DNA of 64,000 nucleotides from Chrysomallon squamiferum (taxonomy: Eukaryota > Animalia > Mollusca), in contig CM022665.1 of NCBI GenBank assembly GCA_012295275.1, positions 14,818,001-14,882,000 on the forward strand, read 5' to 3'. The number at the start of each line of letters is the position of its first letter. The stretch's first letter is position 1. The notes below the pieces were generated by a model, which was not told where the DNA came from, did no database searches, and was given only the letters and a program-made list of their open reading frames with translations. Positions 38,398 through 52,425 of the stretch are shown here, piece by piece. A program made the position numbers and the translations under genes.

Positions 38398-39933
38398 AAC
38401 TCAATTCGACATAACTTGTCCTTGCACAGCCGTTTTATGAGAATTCAGAATGAAGGAACAGGGAAGAGTTCATGGTGGGTTATTAATCCGGATGCTAAAC
38501 CAGGAAAAACTCCGCGTCGTCGTGCTGGCAGCATGGAAACAAAGAACTACGAAAAGAAGCGAGGACGGGTGAAGAAAAAGGTAGAAGCTCTGAGAGCCGC
38601 ATTGGAGAAGTCTGGGAGTCCCTACTCCACGTCAGAAGATTTCCTAGACACATTTGGAGATTTTCGACCACGCACAAGTTCCAATGCAAGTAGTTGTGGC
38701 CGCCTGTCTCCCATACAAGCTCTTGGGGAACCTGATCTCCATGACAACCAGGTTCCACCAATGTCACCAATACCTTGGGGACAGGAAGGAGATTCAAATT
38801 TTGGTTGTAGTCCAGATGGTTTTACGGACCAGCTTGTTGACAGCTTGGTGGGTGGCATGAAGCTTGACCAGTCCATAGGGTTGGGTGCATCTGAAAGCAT
38901 GGACATAGTCGGTAATGGTCTGCCTGAACCGTACATGCCGAATAATTCAACAAATGATTTGACTTTGTCAGAATTTAATCAAAATTCAAGTTACAGTTCT
39001 AACAGCACCTACAATGGCCAGTTTGCTAATCTTCCAGCTCCACCTCCTTACCCAGAGCTGCAGTCCCAATCCCCACAACCTCAGGCACCAGTCCTCGCAA
39101 ATCTTGAACGCGTTGCCATGTCCAATCGTGTTACGGCAGGCATAGGAATGTCACAGGGCATAGGCATGCAGCAGAATCTGTACACCCAGCAGCAGGACTT
39201 GTACCAGCAGGATGACGTGGGCCAGCTGAACTCTGGTAATCACCAGCTAAACATCAACACATCACAGTTGTCTTCTCCTCGATCTCCACAGCAGACCAGT
39301 CCTCAGAGCTACGGCAGCAACTTCAGTCCACAGCCGCAGAACATGTCACCTTCATCTCAGCAGATCTCACCTTCGCCCCACCAGCTGTCTCCGCAGTGCT
39401 CTCCTGCACTCAGCCCTATGAATCAACGGCGCTCTGTTCTACAGCAGCAACTGCAGCAGCAGCAGCAACAACAGCAACAACAACAGCAACAGCAACAATC
39501 TTCCAATGATTCGATTCTCCGGGCTGCTTTGACACAAGGTGGGATAGCATACTGCCGTGCTAGTGCTCATCCTCCACATATGAACATGCCTTACCACAGT
39601 GTACAGAGAAATGGTCCTGTTGCTGTGACAGCCAGCGCTGTGATGAACGGGAATAATCTGGGCCACAGCAACGCTCACATGAGTCACATGATGAATCAGA
39701 GAAGTCATTTACAAATGACAGCTGACGGTAATGGTACGTATATGAATAATATGGGTTCCAATTCAGATTCTGTGCCCATAGACATTGATGTAGAAAACTG
39801 GATTAGTGGAGTGAATGAATCAGAAATAGACCGAATTATAAAAGAGGAGTTGACCTTAGAAGGTAATTTGGACTTCAATTTCGACACACAGGGGTCTGGT
39901 TTACCTTTGGCCGGAGGTCAAAAAACGTTATGA
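38398..39933 (+). CDS. FOXO: FoxO coding exon 2 (511 aa + stop); full protein 626 aa
   Basis: poly-T/ttttcag acceptor, [32 protein letters not shown], Akt sites RRRAGS and [18 protein letters not shown], polyQ, C-terminal transactivation motif [20 protein letters not shown]; TGA TGA. Confidence 0.98.
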   Translation, partial: NSIRHNLSLHSRFMRIQNEGTGKSSWWVINPDAKPGKTPRRRAGSMETKNYEKKRGRVKKKVEALRAALEKSGSPYSTSEDFLDTFGDFRPRTSSNASSCGRLSPIQALGEPDLHDNQVPPMSPIPWGQEGDSNFGCSPDGFTDQLVDSLVGGMKLDQSIGLGASESMDIVGNGLPEPYMPNNSTNDLTLSEFNQNSSYSSNSTYNGQFANLPAPPPYPELQSQSPQPQAPVLANLERVAMSNRVTAGIGMSQGIGMQQNLYTQQQDLYQQDDVGQLNSGNHQLNINTSQLSSPRSPQQTSPQSYGSNFSPQPQNMSPSSQQISPSPHQLSPQCSPALSPMNQRRSVLQQQLQQQQQQQQQQQQQQQSSNDSILRAALTQGGIAYCRASAHPPHMNMPYHSVQRNGPVAVTASAVMNGNNLGHSNAHMSHMMNQRSHLQMTADGNGTYMNNMGSNSDSVPIDIDVENWISGVNESEIDRIIKEELTLEGNLDFNFDTQGSGLPLAGGQKTL

Positions 39934-40494
39934 TGAAACCTTCGTCATCTAGTGTCATAATTTAATAATAAATAATAATAATAAAAATAATAATAGTGCT
40001 GATAAACATTTGAAAACTTGTTTGAGGAAAACTATGGTTCCTGTTTAGTGATAGCAGTCAATTAACTGGATTGATTTTGTTTTCTTTTTAATTTTTTTTT
40101 CCTTTTTATTTTTCTTTTGTTTTATATGGCAGCAAAGTATGTACTTAAAAATTATATACAATTTCCTATCTCTCTTTTTTTTTTTTGTTTTTTTTTTTTT
40201 TTTTTTTTTATAATTATTATTTGTTTTTTGAATAAAACAAAACAAACTTGGCTATGAACGGATACCTCAACATGGTTTTGGATTAACCCTGTAGTTGTTC
40301 AGTGGAATTATAATCTAACACAATACAAGGACTGCTTAGACGGAGCAGTAACTTAATAAGTGATAATCTGCCTTTTGACTGCAACACAAACTGCAGTTTT
40401 AAAAAGAAAACATTCAGATGACTTGAGCCTGTGGTGCCAGGAATGGAACAGTGCCATTTTACATACGCAGCTACAGTATATGTACATCATAGTA

Positions 40495-41200
40495 TTTAGT
40501 GCAGTATATGTACAATGTATATACAAAGTATGTATAAAGTACATGCAAGATATGTAGTGTATGTTTAGAGTATGTGCAAAGTATGTACAGTGTATGTACA
40601 GAGTATGTGCAAAGTATGTACAATATAAGTACAAAATATATACAGTATATATATATATGTATGTATGTATGTATATTCAGAATATACTAATATGTACAAA
40701 ATATGTACTATAGAAATTGTGCAAAATACCTAAAATGCACTTATAATGGAAAGAAAATATACAAGTATTAATAGAAATTAAACATCAAACATTTCAGAAG
40801 ACAACCACCGTACACTGGATACACATCCAGAAAGTGCAAATTTTGTGTATACTTTGTATGTACAGTATGTATACTACATGAGAATAGTGCAAGGTTTACC
40901 TTTCTGTACATTTTGTATATAAATGTGTGTGTATGTATACATTCATATGTACATAAACACATGTATAGATGTATACATACATATTTACATATATACAAAC
41001 ACACACACATGCTTACATAAATATATACATATATATATACACCACAGTTGTATATATATATATATATATACTTTTTTTTAACATACATACATAACATACT
41101 TTTGTACATACACACATACATATATGCACATGCTGAGTTATATCCATGCACATACACACATTACACATGTACTGTATATGTACTGCATATGTACTTCTGG
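40495..41200. repeat. Low-complexity AGTATGTAC / TACA-type short tandem repeats downstream of the FoxO stop
   Basis: Repeated agtatgtgcaa/agtatgtac units followed by (TA)n/(CA)n mixtures. Confidence 0.75.
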
Positions 41201-43261
41201 CATGGTGTGAGGTAGTAACACATACTGCTGTAAAAGCCACATGTCAGATTAGCACATTGTTGGCCAAATTCTCTGTCTGTTGTCTTAATCCTTAGTGTTC
41301 TCACACACTGACTAACAATAGTGGAAAGATGTTTTTAGTTTTCCTAAAGTGTCTTGTAAAAGCTTTTCATTATTATAATTTTTTTTTTTTTAATTTTTAA
41401 TTTTTTTTTTTCTCATTTGACATCAGACATCAGATGTTTTTTAAAAAAATTAATGTGATGATATTTGCTACATACAGTTGTACATTTTTTTTTCTATTAT
41501 TATCAATTGCTAAATATAGATATTAGAGCATGTACGTTTGCACATGCATTTTTGTAAATAATATTTTATTTGTCGACAGGAGATGTATTGATCTTGTTGT
41601 TATTGGTAACAGAAGAAGTTTATATATTTGATTCGTATGTAATCAAACATTTTATAACCACAGGAAAAAAATCTGTCATTCATTATACATAACAGCAATT
41701 ACAGGCAGCCATTTTTCATGATGCATAAAAATACCAGTTTGATGAATAACAAACATTTAGATTATTTTTAAGAATAAAATATCTGGGGAGCATTTATTGT
41801 GAAACACATAATTTAAGTCCTATTGTTTTGCCTATGTTTCATTCATTTTAAATCTTAAAAAATCTTGTAAAATTTATATAAAAAGATATTAAATTCGAAT
41901 TGTCAGGCACTGCCTATAATATCCCTCTATTCTGTTTTTAATAAAATTATTCCTGCCAAAAAAGCAACAAAAAGAAAAGAAAGGTTATTAAGTGCATTTA
42001 AAAGTATATTCCTTGCATGTATAGATATATAGCCATGCCTTGGTGTTCATTATCATTAAAATAGATCTTGCCCTTTATTCTAACTTATTCAAAATGGCTG
42101 CTGTCTGTAGAAGCAAAACACTTGCAGAAAATTTGGCAGCAACTCTATCACATTTAAATTTTATTTTTATTTTTTTTAATTATTATTTTGCTTGCTTTAG
42201 AGGTTAAATTTAAACTTCACTGAATTCAAAGTGGCAGCAGCATTTTTAAGACAGTAAACAGGGTGGCTTAGTGTTATTGTTTTTGGGGGGTTAAAAGGTT
42301 ACTTTTTTATCATTACTACTATTTATGTATTTATTTATTTATTTTATTTTTATTTATTTATTTATTCTTATTATACTTTATTTTATTTTATTTATTTATT
42401 TAAATATATTTATGAACAATGTTTTCATTTTTTGCTAATTTGCAAAAGAAACATCAAGTTCATTATTTAAATTTAAATTAAAAGTATTGTAATTTTTTTT
42501 AACACAAATATTTCTCACCTTCACTTTATCGCTTGCCCTACCTCAATATGGATTCTTTTATGTGCACTTTTTAAATATAAGAAGGTAAAATACTGATTAA
42601 AATGGAATACAGTGTAATACATCTTTCAAGAATGGATTCTAAAAAAATGTTACAAAGATCTAAACTGAATTCTGCACGTTCGTCTATAAATATATAATTA
42701 CTTATGAACATGCAAATATTCATCTGTACATATGTATATGACATAAGTACAAATGTACAAATGTACATAAGAATTGTCTGTGAATCCACCATCAGATGCA
42801 TGCAGACATATTTAAACTTCTTCTGTTGCTACTAGCAGACTTTTCTTTAAAAGTTTCTCAAAAAACTTTTTTGCTAGAAATGGCTTTGGAACAAACCAAG
42901 TCTGGTATTTGAGTTTGGCTGTGGTTAAAGATGCACTATGTGCTTATGATTGGTGAAGAAAAACAACTAGTAGTTTTGTACAGACAAATATGTCATATAT
43001 TGTATATATACTTATATAGATATATATTTACCCATGCGTGGAAAATGTTTCATGTTAGTGCATACATATGTAAATAGATCACAGAGGTAGTTAACTGTGT
43101 ATGTATTAATTCATCTGACTTGTCACATGTATTGTTTTTTTTATTATGTAATGGAGTGAAACTTGAGAAAGATCAAGATTATTTATGAATTAACAGTTCT
43201 TGATGTGAGAATTTTTAATATTTAAAAAAATAATAATAATAAAAAAAATCTTTCTTTTATT

Positions 43262-43307
<46 letters not shown>

Positions 43308-45042
43308 AAAAAAAAAAAAAAAAAAAGGTGATTATATTCACATAACCAAAATCAATATTTGGTAATTAATCATTCTGTAACATAAATTTTTGGGTTTATT
43401 TATTTCTTTATTTTAATGTTCCCTTTACTTAATTTTTAAGGATTGCTCCATTTACATAATACTGGAAACTATTCATATTTAATTGTTTTTTGGTTTTTTA
43501 AAATATATATATTCAGGTTTACTGTAATAATGTTCTTGTTGTTGTGTTTTTAAACTGAAATCAATATGGCAGAACATTTTATTTGTAATTTCATCTTTGT
43601 GATGTTTACATGAGTTAATTATATATATAAAATTTACATATTGTGAACAAAACAAAATTAATAAAACTCATAATATTTGAGTTTTTAACTTTAATTTTTA
43701 TGATAAAATTCTGTTTTCTGGGGGTTTAAAATTTATTGTTTTATATATGTGTGTGTATGTGTATATATATATATACATACATATTTACAGTATTTGTTAT
43801 ATTTTTCTTAATGTTAATATTTTAGGATTTCTCAGAATTTAGAAACTGTTTATAATTTAGATTTTTTTGTTTTTAATTTTTTTTTACCACTTTCATCTTC
43901 ACTTTTTTATGGTCAATCATGAAACAGCATTATTTTTTTTATGTAAGAAAACAGAAATCAGTAAGATCTAAACAGGAAACTTTATAAAATTTTTGAATTT
44001 CTTTTTCTATTAGAAAATCTGCCAAACCACTCATTATAATTATATATATATATATATATATGTTCAAAGACATGATCATCATCTGAAATATGACCCCTAA
44101 AGCTCCAAGCACCCAAACCAGGCCTCACTGGACACTAATTGACTGGTCATAATTATTCACATGTATTCTCGATCCTAATGTTTCTTCTCAGAATTAGTGC
44201 AAATTTTTCAGGCTGAACCTGTTAAAGTATAATGTTGTAAACCCCAGAGAAAAGCAACAACAAAGTTCTGAAACTGCTTCAAGTCAGTCTTGCCAGTCCA
44301 GTAAAAGGCTTGATGATTTGTTGAGCTTTTATGCTCAAACGGAGCATGGTGATTTTCATGAGTTTATTGCTGTAAGTGCTTCAGGAGAAGGGAGAAAAAA
44401 ATTACCAGTTCATTTAAACCATCGATTGAAAGAACAAAGCTATCTGCTAAAAGCTTAAAGAATACATTACAGTACAAAGAGAAGAAAAAAATGGCAGAAC
44501 AAGAGTGCATACTTCAGGCTATATGATTGGCTGATGTGTAAATGTATGATAATCATTGGTTGGGAGAGAGAATGTAGTTGCAGATGAAGGTTTTTGATAG
44601 ACTGAAACATGTTTTACAAACCAAATTAGGCCTCTGGTTGGGATAACAAGAGCCCAATTTGATTTTTATCATAACAGCATCATTAAGAAAAAAAAGAAAA
44701 GAAAAAAGGAAATGCTTTTAAAGTTACAAAGTAATAATATTTCATAATAAATATTCATACACTGTTATTATGTTACATATTAACAAATCAGTTATGTTAA
44801 AACAATTTAAATTTTATTAACTGATGGAAATCTAACTCAGGTATGTAAAGAGGGAAGTGTCAGGTTCTTGTGATATGTGTATAAAAATATATTTTTTCAA
44901 AAAGCATCAAAGTCATAAACACAGAGGGTTAATGAAGAAAGGTGTTATATGCATTTTTAATTTTTTTTTTATTTATTATTATTATTGTTTATTTATTTAT
45001 TATTATTTATTTATTTATTTATTTATTATTTATTTATTTATT

Positions 45043-45102
<60 letters not shown>

Positions 45103-45767
45103 GTTTTATTCATTATTGCATCTGAATTATATATTGCCTTTAACTGATTCACTGTGAATTTTTAGTGAAATATTTTACTTGAAATGCAGCTACCACCTTT
45201 CTGTATTAAACTCCTCTGTTCATTCAGTTATTTTACCTGGTTGTCTGTTGCCTGAATGTATATCTGCATGATATAGGTGGATATATTTGAAGCTAGATAA
45301 CCTGATGATGGGTGAAAAAGTCCACACAACCTCAGATTTCACATTGTTTTTATCAGTATTTTATTTCTCTGTTATTTTTTTTTTTTTTAATGTTTCTTAA
45401 ATCAATGACACTGGTTTAAATAACAGCACAGTTTTGTTAATGTACAGCTAAATAATTATATAACTGTTAAATTGTTGATTTACAAATTTAAAAAAAAAGG
45501 AAGGATTAATATTTTGTTTAAAACAGAAGTTGAAATTATTGTAGCAGTGAAATCATTTTAAAAGTGATTTTTTAAGAATTACTGTTATTATTATTATTAT
45601 TATATTCAGTTATTTATTTTTGTTTTTGACTGGCAGTATAAGTCTTACAGAAAGGCATAATTTGTTTTATAAAAATTATTTCTCTAAATGTGTACACACT
45701 TTGATAAATACATTAACTAACATATTTCATATTCACTATTGCAAAATTTTCTTTTCGTTGAAAAGAA

Positions 45768-45885
45768 AAGCTCTGTTCCGAGTTACCTTCGTGTTGATAT
45801 GAGCTCACCAGTCTTGACATATTACCTCCTCAGTCAAAAGAAGAGCTGTTCTGAGTTACCTACCTGTTGATGTGAGCTCTCCAGC
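45768..45885. repeat. Two-copy ~50-bp direct repeat
   Basis: aaaagaa(a/g)agct(ct)gttc(c/t)gagttacct...gttgat(a/g)tgagctc(a/t)ccag occurs twice about 65 bp apart. Confidence 0.8.
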
Positions 45886-46947
45886 TTTTTAAGACTTATT
45901 ACTTGTCTGACATTGCTAAAAACACAAATTTGAGCACTTCCTCCATCAGAAGACATAATAATGTAGTTGAGTTTGAACGAAACCCTAAAACGTGTTTTTA
46001 CTTAAATGTCATCTTGATTAGAACTCTTTTCTTTTTCAATCATTTTTAAATGATAATTTAGAGATGTCTGCTGATTTTAATGATAGATTTTGTTATTGTT
46101 TTTGTTTTTAGTACTGTTTATATTTTAAAATATCAGTCCTTTTTTATGCCTGTTGAAAGCAAGTTTGTTCTAAATGTGCCATTTTTTCATATCATAGGCT
46201 GTGTGTAGAGTAGTTTTTAATATTTTTGATGTTTCTATATCTTTGTGAAAACAAGTAAATATAACAAATATGGAAAATGTTCATGTTTTAAAACACTGTT
46301 GATTGTTAAACAGATACAAACATTTTAATAATTAGAAAAATATGTTTATTTTTGTCTTGTATAGATTATTTTTTATTTTTCTTTCAACAAAAAGAAAATA
46401 ATTGCTCACATTATCCAACACTGATATATTTATAATTAACAGGGATTTTTTTTTGTAATTAATATATATATGTTGTGAAAGAGATATTAAAAAACAGCAT
46501 AAAACAGATGAAACTTGAAACTGTATTCCACCACATGTTTTTTCAGACAATATTCGCTGTGTAGTACTAAATACAGAAATCTGGGAATGAATTTTGAAGT
46601 TGTTCAAAATGAAAAGTAATCCCTGTCTGATAATCGAATAAAAATAAATAAATAAAATGTAGTGGAAGGTTTTATTCCAATCCCTGACACATCACAGATT
46701 TTATGGTTTCACTCTGCTACTTGTGCATAAGCTCATCATAGTTGTGGTGTGCCAAGCCCATATCTTATCTTTTCTTTACATACTGTATATTCATTTTATC
46801 ATTTGACTCTTACTGTATATGTTATTTTCTAAACAAATGTTCTGTTTTCCTTCATTCTAACATATATACTTTGATTAATAATACATATACACTGACCCTC
46901 CTAGTTTATTACAAAACTACATTAAAGTGTATCTGTCGTGGTGCATA

Positions 46948-46953
46948 AATAAA
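46948..46953 (+). terminator. Candidate distal FoxO polyadenylation signal
   Basis: AATAAA followed by a U/GU-rich tract, close to where CpG depletion ends; several other AATAAA lie upstream. Confidence 0.35.
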
Positions 46954-48029
46954 TATATTTGTACAATACTAAACACTCGTTCCATTTGTTTCTGAGGATA
47001 TATCTTTGTTAATAATAAAGCATAGCAGTTACTTAACACCCACGTGAAAAAGCTTACAGGCTTCTATTTTGTGTTCTTTGTCTTGTCAGTATGAACTTAT
47101 GACTTAATATTTTAAATATATGATATAAAAAGAAGTGACAGATGCACACACAGACAGGTAAGACTGCTTTGCTGATGATCTGCTGATTGTGATTTATTTA
47201 CTGTCAGTGAATTAGGCCAAACAAATAACACCATGGCTTTTGGTAAGGTTGTTAGCACTACTGCAGGTACACTTTAACCCAAACTAACCACTTTGCAAGC
47301 ATTCTTAGTGTTATTTTTCTATATTATATAGTTTTCATCATATTTTCAGTTGTTTTCTTTTCTTAGATTATATAAAAAGTAGTTTTGTTAATACACAGAT
47401 TATGTATCCAAGTGGAATTTGTCAAATTGATTTATAGTTTACTAATTTGATCAACAAAAACATTTTTTACTGTAAATATTTTTATCTAAGATTTAATCAT
47501 GTGCATTTCCTGTCCATGCATATCTTTTCACCAACATTTGGAACATAGATTATATATATATACCAAAAGACCAATTGTTTTTCCTCCCATTTTTTTTTAT
47601 ATATTCCTAATATTCACATAGTTTTTAATAGACATAATTTTCTGTTGTTTTATTTATATTATGTTAACAATTTGTTTAACAGGTTTTTTTCTCCCATTGT
47701 TAATAACATTTGTTAAATATTACTGTGCCTTCAGTTGTTTTAGAGGAAGTGGAGGATTTTGTTCCTTGTTTTATTTTCCTCCTTCATCAGTGAACACCCG
47801 TTCATAAAACACGCCAATGATATTGAATTTTTTTCCCATGCCTGGGTATCACATTCTAAAATCTTGTTGAGTGTGTGTGTTTACAGTGATACAGATAGTT
47901 GAAAACGCTGCACTTGTAAAACTTCTGCGTCTGGACTAAAGGCTTGAATTAGTGACAGATATTTGTCAGAAACACTCTTAAGGCTACTCTTTGTTTCTAC
48001 TTTTGTTTTTATTATTATTATTTATTATT

Positions 48030-48063
<34 letters not shown>

Positions 48064-48198
48064 TTGTTTTTGTTTCTCACAGTAGAATCACACAGACTGT
48101 AATCATATCTAAAAGAATAACTACAATAATATTAATTTACTATGTTTTTGGATGAAAGTAACTATCTGCTTCCTCAGAGTAGCAAAGATGACATTTAA

Positions 48199-48229
<31 letters not shown>

Positions 48230-50400
48230 ATAAGTCTGGGCATTTATCAAATATAGAAATAGTAATTTTGTGTTATGTGTGTAACGTTCATATAATATAC
48301 TCATTTAAATACGCCAGAAATGTTTGTTCATTTATTTATTTGTTTTAATTATTATTATTATTATTTATTTGTTTTAATTATTATTATTATTTTTTTTTTT
48401 TTTTTCGGAAATTCAAAAAATGTTCTTTATCTATATATTCAATATAAAACTGATTGCAATGCTTTTCATTTTTTATTTCCAAATTCTAGTAAAAAGTATT
48501 TTTATTCATTATTACAACATTATTGTGACACTAAAAATGGCATAAATCACATTCTTCTTTATATTTATATATCTAATATTTTATACATAAATTAGTAAAC
48601 AGAAGAAATTAAAAAAACTATTTAAGAAAGTTAGATAATGTGTATTTGAACTACAAATTAACAAACAAAATGAAACATTTTTGCCAGAACCCATAAAATA
48701 TTTTATTACAATTTTTTTTTTTTTTTATTATTATTATTATTTTTTTAATCATGGCAGCAGTTTCCATTGCATTTCAGATGTTGTTTCCGTATGCGTTTTA
48801 ACATGCAGGTCCGGATTTTGTATTTTTCAAATTTTACACATACACATACAATAACGTATATGTACATAAATATTTCCAACTGGGTGTGTTCTTGAAATTG
48901 TAATTACACATACGTGTACGATATTCTTTCATAGTAAGCACCTCAGTTGTTTAGACAGCTGGGGTGGGGAAATGATATGTAGGCTGCGTCCATTACAACC
49001 CAAAACAAAATATTTTGCTTCCAGCTGTCCTTGTGTTGAAATTACGGCCATCACCTTTGACGTGCGTAAAACAAAAATAGCGTTCTGATTTGGTTTCTTT
49101 GCTGCATTCTTCCTTTCACCATAGCAAATAAATACATAAATTAATAAATAATACAAGAATAAGTTTTAAATTTTAAGCTGTAAGACAATAATTGGACTTC
49201 ATCATTACTTCGCTCTAGCATTAATTATAATTTCTTATTTGTATGTGATCTGACCGCGCCAGTAACGGTTGATAGATATTTGCCAATTCATTGGGGTTGT
49301 ATGAAACTGTTATTACTCAATTTGTTCGCTTATTTTTCTATGTTTTGTTCGGTTTAACGTATTATTTTACATAAGAAAAGTCCAGTGTTCATGGAATTGT
49401 TATATATTATGTATAATTCATTTATATTTATTTTTTGTTTCTTCCTCTTCTTAAATTTTTTTTTTTTTAATTTTTATTGATATTTAATTTCCCGCCCCCC
49501 CCCTATATTTCTATCTAAAAACAAATGGTTGTTATGAATCATATTTTGCTTCGATCATCTTTTATAGGCGTTTACTGGACTGCACGATTCTTTCTAAAAA
49601 AAAAAAAAAAAAAAAAATTAACATAGATGATTCAATCATTTTTTTTTTTTTTTTTTTTTTTTATTTATTTTTTTAATTTAAATCATTTATTTGGGAAAAA
49701 TCATTTATAATTCCAGACACTTCATTAATGGTGCAGACATAAAAACAGGAAATATTTGGAAATTACGAATAATTATTCTGAAGAGACTTTCAACGTGATG
49801 CTACATTTTCCCTTTTGTTTCGTATTACAGACTGGCGCTCTTTTTACTGAATCTAAAAAATCCGGATCGTAAACCAACATTAAATACAACTCTGTTTAAA
49901 AAAATGAGTTTAATTCCATATCAAATTTACACGTCACCCGAGAATACAACATCTTGTAAAATACTTTCGCATTTAATACTCGATATATTATTCAATAGAT
50001 CAATTTTCCATTTGTTAAAATTAATTATTCTATACTCTGTTTAAATTTTCATGTTAAAAAAAATGTAAAAAAATAAAAATTAGGATTTAACTTGATATTA
50101 TTTTTGTTGAAAAATGTATTTTAGATACCATGTTTTAATGGTTTATTATTATTATTATTTATATATACATATATATATATTCTTTTTGGGTTTTTTGTTA
50201 CCATCTACGCCAGGTTGATTTACTTTTTAAACATCTGATATATTCTGTATTGTATTTTAATTTAAGCCAATCATGTCACGTGTATGTTATACAGTTGTAT
50301 ATAGTTATGTTCGTATTTTGTACATATTTGTTAATAATGTGCTATCAGGGATAATCGTAGATTTTAAATGGAGAAACATGGTTTTAAAATGTACATTTTG

Positions 50401-50453
<53 letters not shown>

Positions 50454-52134
50454 GTACTGTATATCTATATATTTTTATATGTTTATTTAATCCCATTTTC
50501 TTATTTTTTTTTTTTTTTTTTTTTTTTGATGTTATGGAATAACCAGATTGCCACTTAATCATACTAATTATAATACACAGACATCTGGTTTTTGACATAT
50601 TAAATAATCACATGCTGTATTCATTGTTACGTCACAGGTTCCAGACTGTCATTGTTCTGATTATGCGTTGCTCTGTGACTATATCGATACGAATAACACT
50701 ACAACTTTTAAATTTCAGACAATTACAAGGTGTTGTTATTCACCGAATTTCAAACTTCATTGAAAAACAAATTTGTTTGCACTTCTATTACAAAGGGTTG
50801 GGAGAAGAAAAAAATAAAAATAAATAATAATAATAATAATAAAATGAGTTAATTATTTAAATTTAATAAGCGATCGATAGCCAGTGAAATAGTTACGTTT
50901 ATAATGATTTCACCAAGTGTGGTGCATTTTTTAATTCTTTGATATTTTAAAAATTTTATGTTATTTTATTATATATTTTTTATCTTTTTATTTCTTTTCT
51001 TTTCTTTTTATTTATTTATTTAGTCATTTGTTCAAAGCGTTATTCTGTTACTATTATTCTTTGCATTAAAAGTAGACTAACTGACAAATAACAAAATGTT
51101 ATATTGCTGATAATGTATCGGGTTTTCGTGTTGTGGACAACAAGGATATCTTTTACATGATTTTTGTTTCACTGTGTTGTTGCTTGAATTTATGTGACAT
51201 CAATCACAAATACTACGGCTATAGATTTGTTGTAGTTTGTTTGACGTACAGATTTGAATTATACAGGATATGAATATAAAGATTACTAAATAATTTTTAT
51301 TTTTATGAATGTAGATGAGAACATTAATGGAAGAATTTACACAGGAAGAAGCCTTTGAACTTCCTGTAAATTATGTTAATTTTCATAAGGTTCTTAAATA
51401 TAATTATGTGAAGAAGAAATGTAATTATCATTTTATTGGACAAAAAACATTTCATAGTGTACATAACAGACACTGTTGTGAACTATATTATATATTTTTT
51501 CCTATTTTTGTCAGGAATGTTGCATAAAATTGATAAATATGTTTTTAATGAGGTTTTGTATGTTTCATCGTCATCATGGTTCTTTTTGTCATTGATACGA
51601 AGAATCTGGCATGGAATAACGTGATAGTATTGTGCACGTTATAGGCATGAAATGCATAATACTGACATTCAGTTCATGCCTATTTTCTTCTTCTTCTTCT
51701 TATTCTTCTTCGCATTTTCTGTAAAATTTTGAAGCATTGTTCCCTGCATGTGCAGAGTTAACAACACTTGTTCATACGTTAGTTAATATTTTTATTTTGT
51801 ATTTTATGAGTGTAAATTGGTTTCAGAGATCTATATTTCACATACTTGAGTGCTAAAAATGCAAGTTCTTTGAGAAAGTTGCATTATTTTAACTTGTATG
51901 CTGTTTTGTTTGTTTAGTTACATATGAAAAATTTTATGATTATATCATCATTTTAGATTAAAATCGAGTTGTAATTGTATTGTTCAAACTGACTGTTGTT
52001 TTTTTTTTTTTTTTTTTAATATTCTAAAACCATTCGTAAAGACGAAAGAAGACATATATATTTACTGCTGTCAAATAAAAAAGACAAATAGAAATGAAGT
52101 AGAAGAGAAACAAAATAACAGAAGCATGTTCCGT

Positions 52135-52425
52135 TCCAATGAAAACAAGTTTTAACTTGTTTGTTAGACCTGGTCGCTTAATGGCGTTGATTCCATCACA
52201 GAGACTGATTATCAAAGCAGAAATCGTCGCTAAAAGTATTTTTTCTAAACACATTAACATTATATACATACCATTGATTATATTATAGATGCAAAAGCAG
52301 ATATCACGAGCTTACCATTTAGATCAATGGTACTTAATGATTTCTGAACTAGCCCTTGGCTACGATCCGGTACTGGCGTTTGAACCCTGTACCATTAGCA
52401 AAGATTTAATCACTGAGCAACTGTT
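52135..52425 (-). mobile_element. tRNA-derived SINE relic
   Basis: Minus strand reads ttgctcagtgattaa (A box-like) ... gggttcaaacgcc (B box-like), then a non-tRNA body; no cloverleaf. Confidence 0.45.

Noticed and set aside
38495-39887. Antisense and alternate-frame ORFs overlapping FoxO exon 2
   Set aside because: Expected shadows of a GC-richer coding exon (poly-L is antisense polyQ); no independent signals.
39931-39936. Stop-codon readthrough or selenocysteine at the FoxO TGA
   Set aside because: A second TGA follows immediately, then low-complexity sequence; no SECIS-like hairpin recognised.
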